From Bacteroidales bacterium (GTDB lineage Bacteria > Bacteroidota > Bacteroidia > Bacteroidales > WCHB1-69), in NCBI GenBank assembly GCA_031272025.1, contig JAISUP010000027.1, forward strand, positions 1-29,169: a DNA stretch of 29,169 nt. The letters run 5' to 3'. The notes under the pieces were generated by a model, which saw only the letters and a program-made list of their open reading frames with translations, made no database searches and was not told the DNA's origin. The position numbers and the translations under genes were made by a program. Positions 16,670 to 24,258 of this stretch are shown here, piece by piece. Position 1 is the stretch's first letter. Each line of letters opens with the position of its first letter.

Positions 16670-17743
16670 CTACCGGTTTTGCTGCTCGAACTCTTGCATG
16701 CAAGCGACTAATGCTTGTACGCTTTCCATGGGACAAGCATTGTATAACGATGCACGGAAGCCTCCAACCGAGCGGTGCCCCTTAATTCCCACCATGCCTC
16801 GTTCTTTGGCAAGCATCATGAAAGCCTCTTCTTTGTCTTTATATTCCGGCGACATCACGAAACAAATGTTCATGATAGAACGACTGTCTTTTTCGGCGGT
16901 GCCCACGAACATCGGGTTCCGGTCAATCTCTTCATAAAGCAAATTTGCCTTCTTAACATTACGTTGGTTAATGGCTTCTACTCCACCCTGCCGTTTGAGC
17001 CATTTTAGCGTCTCGTTCATCATCATGATAGAAAATACCGGAGGCGTGTTAAACATCGAGTCATTGTCTACATGGGTTTTGTAGTTAAGCATGGTCGGGA
17101 TATAGCGGTCTACTTTTCCTATAGCGTCTTCTTTCACGATAACAAAAGTAACCCCTGCCGGTCCTACATTTTTTTGGGCACCCCCGTAAATCAGGACATA
17201 TTTGCTCACATCTACCGGGCGACTCATGATGTCGGATGACATGTCGGCAATGAGCGGGACCGGACATACCATGTCTTCCCTGATTTCCGTGCCGTAAATC
17301 GTGTTGTTGGTCGTGATGTGAAAATAGTCGGCATCTTCGGGAATCGTGTACCCTTTAGGGATATAGTTGTAGGTGGTGTCGGCAGAAGATGCCACGACAA
17401 CGGCGTCTCCTATTCCTTTGGCTTCCTTCCACGACTTTTTTGCCCAAACGCCGGTTTCGAGATACGCGGCTTTGTGTTGGAGAAAATTCATCGGTACCAT
17501 GAGAAATTGCAAAGAAGCACCGCCCCCTAAAAAAAGTACTCTATACCCATCAGGAATATGCAATAACTCTTTCCATAAAGCCTCTGTTTCGTGCATCACG
17601 GCATCCCATTCTTTGGAGCGGTGAGAAACTTCAATCACCGACATGCCTGTTCCTTTGAAATCATTCAGGGATTCTATCACAGCGTGTATCGCCTCTTGAG
17701 GCAACACGCAAGGTCCCGCGTTAAAATTATGTACTGCTTTCAT
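16670..17743 (-). CDS. serC: Phosphoserine aminotransferase
   Basis: Trimmed to the internal ATG giving the canonical SerC N-terminus [19 protein letters not shown]. Class V aminotransferase blocks ([31 protein letters not shown]). Confidence 0.85.
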   Translation of the reverse strand: MKAVHNFNAGPCVLPQEAIHAVIESLNDFKGTGMSVIEVSHRSKEWDAVMHETEALWKELLHIPDGYRVLFLGGGASLQFLMVPMNFLQHKAAYLETGVWAKKSWKEAKGIGDAVVVASSADTTYNYIPKGYTIPEDADYFHITTNNTIYGTEIREDMVCPVPLIADMSSDIMSRPVDVSKYVLIYGGAQKNVGPAGVTFVIVKEDAIGKVDRYIPTMLNYKTHVDNDSMFNTPPVFSIMMMNETLKWLKRQGGVEAINQRNVKKANLLYEEIDRNPMFVGTAEKDSRSIMNICFVMSPEYKDKEEAFMMLAKERGMVGIKGHRSVGGFRASLYNACPMESVQALVACMQEFEQQNR

Positions 17744-17854
17744 TAATAAAATATATTTTAATAAATAATGACAACCTATTTTTTCCGGTGCGCGAAAATA
17801 CAAAAAAAACAGCAACCCGAATACATGATTTTTTGTCATTTGCTAAAAACATTG

Positions 17855-17862
17855 TATCTTTG
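17855..17862 (+). promoter_or_regulatory. TATCTTTG -7 promoter motif 24 bp upstream of ATG 17887
   Basis: Exact TAnnTTTG match in the divergent serC / glycosyltransferase intergenic region. Confidence 0.45.
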
Positions 17863-17886
17863 CAGCCTGAAATAAAACAAACATAT

Positions 17887-18744
17887 ATGATGTATCCTAA
17901 AAGCATTCAATGGTCTTACGATATTTTAGACTCGTTTTGGTCGGTAGTCAGGTTGTTGAAAGAGTCTCGTTTTGTTCGCGTAAAAAAGATAAACCGGGAG
18001 CACGAGAGTTGTATCATCATGGGCAATGGACCATCACTAAGCAACACGCTGAAAGCAAATGCCGACAATTTACAGCACCACGATTTGATTGCCGTGAATT
18101 TTGCCGCCTTAGCGGACGAGTTTTTGCTATACAAACCAAATACTTACGTACTGTGCGATCCCGCTTTTTGGTTTCAACCCGACTCGGAAGATCCTGAAAG
18201 TTCCCTTCAAAAGGTAAACCGTTTTTACCGGCATTTAGCAGAAAACGTAACTTGGAACATGCAGTTATTCATTCCTTTTCAAGCCAAGAAAATCGTCACC
18301 GAGATGAACGTTCTCTCGCGAAATCCCCGCGTAAGCGTGTGCTATTTTAACCGAACCAAAATAGAAGGATTTAAATGCCTGAAACACGCCATGCTAAAAA
18401 GACAATGGGGAATGTTTAGAACACAGAATGTTATTGTCGCCGCGTTGTTGCTTGCCATTTATTCCAATTATAAAGATGTTTATTTGGCAGGACTTGATTT
18501 CGATTGGACAAAAAATTTACGGGTTGACGAGAATAATGATGTGTGTTTCAGCGACAACCATTTTTATGCTAAAACAGATAGAAAAATGTCGCAGGCGATG
18601 TATGAAACATATTATTCATTGTATTGCGCGCACGCGAGTTTTTATAACATCAAAAATTACGCGGAAACGGCAGGCGTGAACATATTCAACTTGAATAAAC
18701 AGTCTTTCGTGAATTGTTTTGAGAAAAAAGATAAAATATTATGA
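17887..18744 (+). CDS. CstII-like (CAZy GT42 / DUF115 MptE-like fold) glycosyltransferase; putative sialyl/nonulosonate-type transferase
   Basis: Trimmed to ATG 17887 (MMYPKSIQ). Blocks CIIMGNGPSL, LIAVNF, VLCDPAFWF, VIVAALLLAIYSNYKDVYLAGLDFDW and NHFY are co-linear with the Campylobacter CstII blocks IIAGNGPSL / VFRCNQ / VFYNPSLFF / AVAIALGYKEIYLSGIDFYQ / HYIGH, as remembered, not searched. Confidence 0.55.
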   Translation: MMYPKSIQWSYDILDSFWSVVRLLKESRFVRVKKINREHESCIIMGNGPSLSNTLKANADNLQHHDLIAVNFAALADEFLLYKPNTYVLCDPAFWFQPDSEDPESSLQKVNRFYRHLAENVTWNMQLFIPFQAKKIVTEMNVLSRNPRVSVCYFNRTKIEGFKCLKHAMLKRQWGMFRTQNVIVAALLLAIYSNYKDVYLAGLDFDWTKNLRVDENNDVCFSDNHFYAKTDRKMSQAMYETYYSLYCAHASFYNIKNYAETAGVNIFNLNKQSFVNCFEKKDKIL

Positions 18745-18807
18745 ATAAACAAAAAATTGCTTTATTGGTGATTTATAATCATCGTTATGATATAAATATG
18801 TCAAAAA

Positions 18808-19104
18808 TTGAGAAAATCTTATCGTGTAGACAAGAAAGGGGTTGAGGTGAAAAACATTTTACATTCTTTTAATGACGCTTGTCAAAATATAATAACTGAA
18901 AAGAAAACTAATTTATCATCCATAGTCTATCATGTAAAAGGCATTGAAACACAATACAATTTTGATTTAGATAAATTAATGGAGAGTTTCCCGACCCATG
19001 CTCTTTTTATACATCCTATAAAATTTACAAAATGGAAATCAAAAAAAAATATAGAACACTTCATGAGAAAAATTCAGCCGATAAGATATTTTACTATAGC
19101 ATGA
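18808..19104 (+). CDS. Doubtful small ORF (98 aa, TTG start) in a 356-bp AT-rich spacer upstream of mutS2
   Basis: Only a TTG start is available. The region is about 72% AT, has no recognisable motifs, and overlaps the mutS2 ATG. This may be non-coding leader. Confidence 0.15.
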   Translation: MRKSYRVDKKGVEVKNILHSFNDACQNIITEKKTNLSSIVYHVKGIETQYNFDLDKLMESFPTHALFIHPIKFTKWKSKKNIEHFMRKIQPIRYFTIA

Positions 19105-21545
19105 TATATCCTGTTTCATTTGAGGAAAAAACGGGGTTCTCGCAGGTGCGACAGTTCGTGAGCAATTATTGTATTAGCGCGATGGGTAGGGAGAATGTTT
19201 CGCGCATGTCGCTTTCTGTTTCGCGTGAAGATATTTTGCATAGCCTGCAACAAGTGTCCGAGTTTCGCCACCTTCTGTTGTTTGACGACCCGTTCCCCGC
19301 ACGCGACTTTCACGATTCGCGCCCCGTTTTGCAACATTTACGCGTAGACGGTACCTATATCGAATTGGAGGCATTAAGACTATTGCGTGATTTTATTCAG
19401 GCAATCATTCAAGTATTTCATTATTTTCAGTCTCGCGAAGAGAAAAAAAACTATCCCACCCTTTGGGCATTATGTGAAACCGTAGTGCTTGAAAAAGAGT
19501 TATTATCTTCTATAAACAAAATTTTAGACCCGAAGGGGAACCTGCGCGACAACGCCTCCGAAGAGTTAAGAAGAATACGGTCGGAGATGATTCGGGTATC
19601 TTCGGAAGCCGATAGACGCCTGCGAAGGCTGTTGCAGCAAGTCAAACAAGAAGGGATAGTAAAAGAGGGTACGGAGATGACCGTTCGCGATGGCAGGCTA
19701 TGTATCCCTGTCCCGGCAATGTTTAAACGCAAATTGCCCGGTTTTATTCACGATGAATCTGCCACGGGACAAACCGTATTCATAGAACCTACCGAAGTTT
19801 TTGACGCGAACAACATGCTCAGGGATTTACAAAATGCCGAGAAACGGGAAATCATTCGCCTGCTCACGGTACTAAGCAACGAAATCAGGCTTTCTATTCC
19901 CAATCTACAAGCGGGGCACTTGTTTTTGGGAGAAATAGATTTTATTCGTGCCAAAGCCTTATGGGCAGTAGAAATCAACGGGATACAGCCGCGTTTGCAT
20001 CCCTGCCCGCTCATAGACTGGCATGAGGCAAAACACCCGCTTTTGTTGCTCAACGCCAAGCACACGGGCAAAACCGTGGTACCTTTAAACTTAACCCTAC
20101 ATGAAAAACAGCGTATCGTTATTATTTCCGGACCTAATGCAGGGGGTAAATCGGTATGCCTTAAAACCGTTGGACTTTTGCAATACATGCTACAATGTGG
20201 TCTCCTTGTCCCCATGAAAGACAGTAGCGACATGGGCATTTTTACCGATTTTTTTATCGATATTGGGGACGAGCAATCCATAGACAATGATTTGAGCACG
20301 TATAGTTCGCACTTGCTCAACCTGAAAAACATGCTCGAACATTTAAACGAAAGTTCCCTGTTCTTGATTGACGAATTTGGTTCGGGGACGGAACCCGCGT
20401 TGGGTGGGGCTATGGCAGAGGCTATTTTGGAGCGAATATACGAGTTGCAGGCTTTTGGAATTATTACCACCCATTTTGGCAATTTGAAAGCCTTCCCCGA
20501 CCACCATACCGAGGCGGTAAATGGGGCAATGCTCTTCGACACCCATGCACTCAAACCTCTTTTTTCTCTTAAAATTGGAAAGGCAGGCAGTTCGTTCACT
20601 TACGAGATTGCCCAACAAACCGGACTCCCCCCTGACATTATCGCGAACGCTATCGCCAAATCGGGAACCGCGCAAATTGACTACGAAAAAAAATTGGAAG
20701 AAATTGAATTGGAAAAAATAGAGTTGGAAAAAACACTCAAAAACGTGCATAATGCCGATGAAGAACTTGCCCGTATTGTACAATCGTACCACGAGAAATA
20801 TCACCTGCTCGACAGCCAACGAAAAGAAATTCTTCAGAAAGCCAAACAACAGGCTACTGCCATGATTGATAATGCTAATAAATTGATTGAAAACACGATA
20901 AGAGAGATTAGGGAAAGCGAAGCCGATGCAAAGCGCACGAGAAACGCGCGGCAAGAATTGTCGTTAGCCAAGGATCGAATTTCGCGACAGGAGATTCCCC
21001 CGTCAGAGTTGCCTGTTCCCCCCGCACCATCTTCTCAGGCGTCAAAAACATCACGAGAAGACACGGGCACGGGAAGCCCTTTGCAAGTAGGCGATGCCGT
21101 GCTCATGCCCGAAACCCAAATCATTGGTGAAATATCGCACCTGAAAGGCAACGAGGTTACACTCTCTTTTCATTCGGTTACTTTGCGCACAACGACAGAC
21201 AAATTATTGAAAATAAGTAAAAAAGAAGCGAGGGCAGTGCAACGGGGCAAAGCCAAAATCGGGGACACGAGCATAGGAGAGGTTATGAACCGCGAAGCCG
21301 CCTTGTTTCAACAAACCTTAGATTTGCGGGGCGAGCGGGCAACCGAAGCCCTGTCGAAAATGGAGACCTATATTGACAAAGCCATTTTTTTGGGAATAAA
21401 ACAAGCGCGTATCCTGCACGGGAAAGGCAACGGGATATTGCGACATGTTATTCGCGAGGCTTTGAGCAAACGAAAAGAGATTCGCGAATTTCACGATGAA
21501 TCCATTGAACGCGGGGGCACGGGCATCACCGTGGTAAAAATGTAA
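19101..21545 (+). CDS. mutS2: Endonuclease MutS2 (MutS ATPase domain plus C-terminal Smr domain)
   Basis: Trimmed to ATG 19101 (MIYPVSFEEKTGFSQVRQFV, the conserved MutS2 N-terminus). Walker A GPNAGGKS. C-terminal Smr block ILHGKGNGILRHVIREAL. Confidence 0.85.
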   Translation: MIYPVSFEEKTGFSQVRQFVSNYCISAMGRENVSRMSLSVSREDILHSLQQVSEFRHLLLFDDPFPARDFHDSRPVLQHLRVDGTYIELEALRLLRDFIQAIIQVFHYFQSREEKKNYPTLWALCETVVLEKELLSSINKILDPKGNLRDNASEELRRIRSEMIRVSSEADRRLRRLLQQVKQEGIVKEGTEMTVRDGRLCIPVPAMFKRKLPGFIHDESATGQTVFIEPTEVFDANNMLRDLQNAEKREIIRLLTVLSNEIRLSIPNLQAGHLFLGEIDFIRAKALWAVEINGIQPRLHPCPLIDWHEAKHPLLLLNAKHTGKTVVPLNLTLHEKQRIVIISGPNAGGKSVCLKTVGLLQYMLQCGLLVPMKDSSDMGIFTDFFIDIGDEQSIDNDLSTYSSHLLNLKNMLEHLNESSLFLIDEFGSGTEPALGGAMAEAILERIYELQAFGIITTHFGNLKAFPDHHTEAVNGAMLFDTHALKPLFSLKIGKAGSSFTYEIAQQTGLPPDIIANAIAKSGTAQIDYEKKLEEIELEKIELEKTLKNVHNADEELARIVQSYHEKYHLLDSQRKEILQKAKQQATAMIDNANKLIENTIREIRESEADAKRTRNARQELSLAKDRISRQEIPPSELPVPPAPSSQASKTSREDTGTGSPLQVGDAVLMPETQIIGEISHLKGNEVTLSFHSVTLRTTTDKLLKISKKEARAVQRGKAKIGDTSIGEVMNREAALFQQTLDLRGERATEALSKMETYIDKAIFLGIKQARILHGKGNGILRHVIREALSKRKEIREFHDESIERGGTGITVVKM

Positions 21546-21576
21546 CCCATGAATCATATAATTCATTTTTTTATAC

Positions 21577-21584
21577 TAACTTTG
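21577..21584 (+). promoter_or_regulatory. TAACTTTG -7 promoter motif 26 bp upstream of ATG 21610
   Basis: Exact TAnnTTTG match. Confidence 0.45.
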
Positions 21585-21609
21585 TCCCGGCAATTTTAAA
21601 GCATCATAT

Positions 21610-22695
21610 ATGTGCAGATTTTTGATAATTATCGGGATATGTTTCGCGCAGGTATCCATGTCGGCTCAAATTGGGGGCAGTAGGGTTTACCCTTTTCTCA
21701 ATTTCAGTTATTCGGCGAGGCAATCCGCGCTTGGAGGTAGTTTGATTTCCGTGAACGATGACGACCCTTCGCTCATCATCTACAACCCGTCTTCCATATC
21801 AGAGCAGCATCATCATTCTCTTTTGTTGCATTTTACTGATTATTTTACTACGACAGGGTATGGCTCCGTGCTATATTCACATACCTTTAAGCACGCGGGG
21901 AGTTTTGCTTTTGAAGCCCGTTGCGTGCAATACGGCACCTTTAACGGTATGGATGAATGGGGGTACGAGACCGGACATTTTACCGCGGGCGACTGTGCCC
22001 TAACCGCCGCGTGGGGCAGAACATTGAGCGAGCATTTCTCTATCGGGGCAAGTTTAAAACTGCTCTTTTCCGGATACGAAAGTTACAACTCCTTCGGGTT
22101 CGCGACAGATGTCTCAGGAAGTTTTTTTAGCAAAGAAAAACAACTATCGCTAACTTTATTGTTCAAAAATTTAGGCTCCGAACTGAAACCATTTAGCCCC
22201 GGGCAATATCAAAAAATACCGTTTGATATTCAATTGGCTTTGTCGCATCGGTTTAAATACATCCCGGTGAGGTACCACATTTCTTTACATTCTCTCTATC
22301 GCTGGGAAATGGGCGACAATAGTCTATATACCCCCTTCTATCAAACTGATGTGCTTACGGGAGAGATAAACTATCCTACACGATTTGCTCATTTCGCGGA
22401 CAATTTTTTCCGGCATATTATTTTCGGGTTAGAAATCGAACCTGTAAAATATCTCGCGTTGCATTGCTCTTACAATCACGACATGCACCAAGAGATGAGA
22501 ATACCACAGCGCAAAACCATTGCAGGCTTTGCCTACGGTTTTACCGTGAATATCTATTCTATTCGTGTCGGTTTTTCGCGGGTACATTATGCCGCGGGTG
22601 CCGTACCCAATTATTTTACCTTTTCCGCGAACATAGACGAGTTAACAAAATTGTACGCGAAAAATAAGAAAAAGAAATTACAAAGAATAGAATAA
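21610..22695 (+). CDS. porQ: PorQ-like outer-membrane beta-barrel protein (T9SS PorQ/PorV family)
   Basis: Signal peptide MCRFLIIIGICFAQVSMSAQ. N-terminal block YPFLNFSYSARQSALGGSLISVNDDDPSLIIYNPSSI resembles the PorQ-family signature. About 340 aa mature; alternating-hydrophobicity beta-strand character; basic C-terminal tail. Confidence 0.55.
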   Translation: MCRFLIIIGICFAQVSMSAQIGGSRVYPFLNFSYSARQSALGGSLISVNDDDPSLIIYNPSSISEQHHHSLLLHFTDYFTTTGYGSVLYSHTFKHAGSFAFEARCVQYGTFNGMDEWGYETGHFTAGDCALTAAWGRTLSEHFSIGASLKLLFSGYESYNSFGFATDVSGSFFSKEKQLSLTLLFKNLGSELKPFSPGQYQKIPFDIQLALSHRFKYIPVRYHISLHSLYRWEMGDNSLYTPFYQTDVLTGEINYPTRFAHFADNFFRHIIFGLEIEPVKYLALHCSYNHDMHQEMRIPQRKTIAGFAYGFTVNIYSIRVGFSRVHYAAGAVPNYFTFSANIDELTKLYAKNKKKKLQRIE

Positions 22696-22713
22696 TTGCA
22701 CGATTATTTTTCG

Positions 22714-22721
22714 TATCTTTG
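22714..22721 (+). promoter_or_regulatory. TATCTTTG -7 promoter motif upstream of yceD
   Basis: Exact TAnnTTTG match 21 bp upstream of the GTG at 22742. Confidence 0.4.
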
Positions 22722-22741
22722 CACCCCCAAATTTTAAGCAA

Positions 22742-23281
22742 GTGAAACACAAGCAAAAGAGAGATGAATTTAAATTGAGAGTATCCGGAGTTTCTCTCGG
22801 GAAGCATTGTTTTTCAATTTGTTGTGATGATGAGTTCTTTGAAATTGCCGAGATACAGGAGAAGAAAAGCGACGGTTTGCAAGTGGATATCGTGTTGGAG
22901 AAAAAGGAAAAAATGCTGCTGTTAGATTGTCATTTTCACGGGAAGGTGATAGCCCCGTGCGATCGTTGTTTGGATCTCGTAAGCGTGCCTCTTGATTTTT
23001 CCGAGCAGGTTGTAGTACAACTCGTGCCCGAAGTTGAGCCTGAAGATACCGGAGACGATGAAATCTGGAAGGTGAACGAGAACATTTACGAGTTAGACCT
23101 GTTTCATTTCGTGTACGAGGCTATCGTGCTCGCGCTACCCGCCCGAATCACGCACCCCTACATTGATAACGACACCCCGGAATGTAACCCTGAGGTGATA
23201 CAAAAATGGCAATCCCTATCATCATCTACAACAAAAGAAGACGCTCGTTGGGACAAATTAAAAGATATTAAATTGAATTAA
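22742..23281 (+). CDS. yceD: YceD/DUF177 family protein (rRNA large-subunit accumulation protein), upstream of rpmF
   Basis: Conserved position immediately upstream of the L32 gene. DUF177-like Cys pairs (CHFHG...CDRC). The start is uncertain (GTG 22742 or TTG 22775); there is no in-frame ATG near the N-terminus. Confidence 0.6.
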   Translation: MKHKQKRDEFKLRVSGVSLGKHCFSICCDDEFFEIAEIQEKKSDGLQVDIVLEKKEKMLLLDCHFHGKVIAPCDRCLDLVSVPLDFSEQVVVQLVPEVEPEDTGDDEIWKVNENIYELDLFHFVYEAIVLALPARITHPYIDNDTPECNPEVIQKWQSLSSSTTKEDARWDKLKDIKLN

Positions 23282-23323
23282 AGTAAAATATAATATAGTC
23301 ATTAATCAAAAAAAAGACAAGTT

Positions 23324-23515
23324 ATGCCGAATCCGAAAAGACGTCACTCCTCGACAAGGAGAGATAAAAGAAGATCACACGATTTTATGGTTGCCCCCAC
23401 GCTAACCATTTGTAGTCATTGTAATTCCGCGATACTTCCCCATCACGTATGCCCCGAATGTGGTTACTATCGCGGAAAACAAGCCATTGAAATAGCAGGA
23501 AGCGAGTTGAAATAG
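23324..23515 (+). CDS. rpmF: 50S ribosomal protein L32
   Basis: MPNPKRRHSSTRRDKRRSHD...CSHCNSAILPHHVCPECGYYRG: canonical L32 N-terminus and zinc-ribbon. Confidence 0.85.
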   Translation: MPNPKRRHSSTRRDKRRSHDFMVAPTLTICSHCNSAILPHHVCPECGYYRGKQAIEIAGSELK

Positions 23516-23571
23516 TACCCGCTTCCTGTATATCGCGCTTAAAAAAAATATAAATGCAATGACTGTTTCGA

Positions 23572-24150
23572 ATGAACTTAGTATTTGCTACACATAATAT
23601 TCATAAAACAAACGAGTTGAGAGATATGGTTGAGGGTCGTTTTACCATATTAAATCTCAAAGATATTGGTTGCGAGGAAGATATTCCTGAAACATCGAGT
23701 ACCTTAAAAGGCAATGCTTTACAAAAAGCACGATTTGTGCGGGAGCATTATGGGTTGGATTGCTTTGCCGATGACACGGGGTTGCTCGTAGATGCCTTAT
23801 CCGGGCGACCGGGCGTGTTTTCAGCACGATACGCGGGCGAAGGCACAACTTACGAAGACAACATGAACAAAGTGCTGCGCGAGATGCAAGATAAGACTAA
23901 CCGTGCGGCGCGTTTTATTACAGTCATTGCCCTGATTTTAAACAATGAAGAGTATTGCTTTGAAGGCTGTATCGAAGGCGACTTGCTCGCCAAACCGCGA
24001 GGCAGACACGGTTTTGGATACGACCCCATTTTTCGCCCAACGGGCTACACGCAAACTTTCGCCGAATTAGGCGATGCCGTGAAAAACAAAATCAGCCACC
24101 GTGCCTTGGCTGTATACCAACTCCTTGATTTTTTGTTTAAAAAATTATAA
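23572..24150 (+). CDS. rdgB: Non-canonical purine NTP pyrophosphatase (RdgB/HAM1, dITP/XTP pyrophosphatase)
   Basis: MNLVFATHNIHKTNEL...; FADDTGLLVDALSGRPGVFSARYAG; GFGYDPIF; ISHRALA are the HAM1 family blocks. 192 aa. Confidence 0.8.
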   Translation: MNLVFATHNIHKTNELRDMVEGRFTILNLKDIGCEEDIPETSSTLKGNALQKARFVREHYGLDCFADDTGLLVDALSGRPGVFSARYAGEGTTYEDNMNKVLREMQDKTNRAARFITVIALILNNEEYCFEGCIEGDLLAKPRGRHGFGYDPIFRPTGYTQTFAELGDAVKNKISHRALAVYQLLDFLFKKL

Positions 24151-24197
24151 GATCAGTATATTAGGATAAAATGTTTTTTGAATAAATAAATAAAGTA

Positions 24198-24238
24198 GAA
24201 AAGAGGCTACCCCGAAAGTTTCGAGGTAGCCTCTTTTC
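24198..24238. terminator. Bidirectional rho-independent terminator between the convergent rdgB and GH3 genes
   Basis: Perfect 14-bp stem gaaaagaggctacc / ggtagcctcttttc with a 13-nt loop (itself cgaaa-g-tttcg), flanked by an A-run upstream and a T-run downstream. Confidence 0.7.
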
Positions 24239-24258
24239 TTTTTTGTCTTTTTTTGAGA

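Noticed and set aside
18808-19104. 98-aa ORF treated as a real gene
   Set aside because: It has only a TTG start, is extremely AT-rich with no motifs, and overlaps the mutS2 start. It is kept in the feature list at very low confidence and is more likely a leader or spacer.
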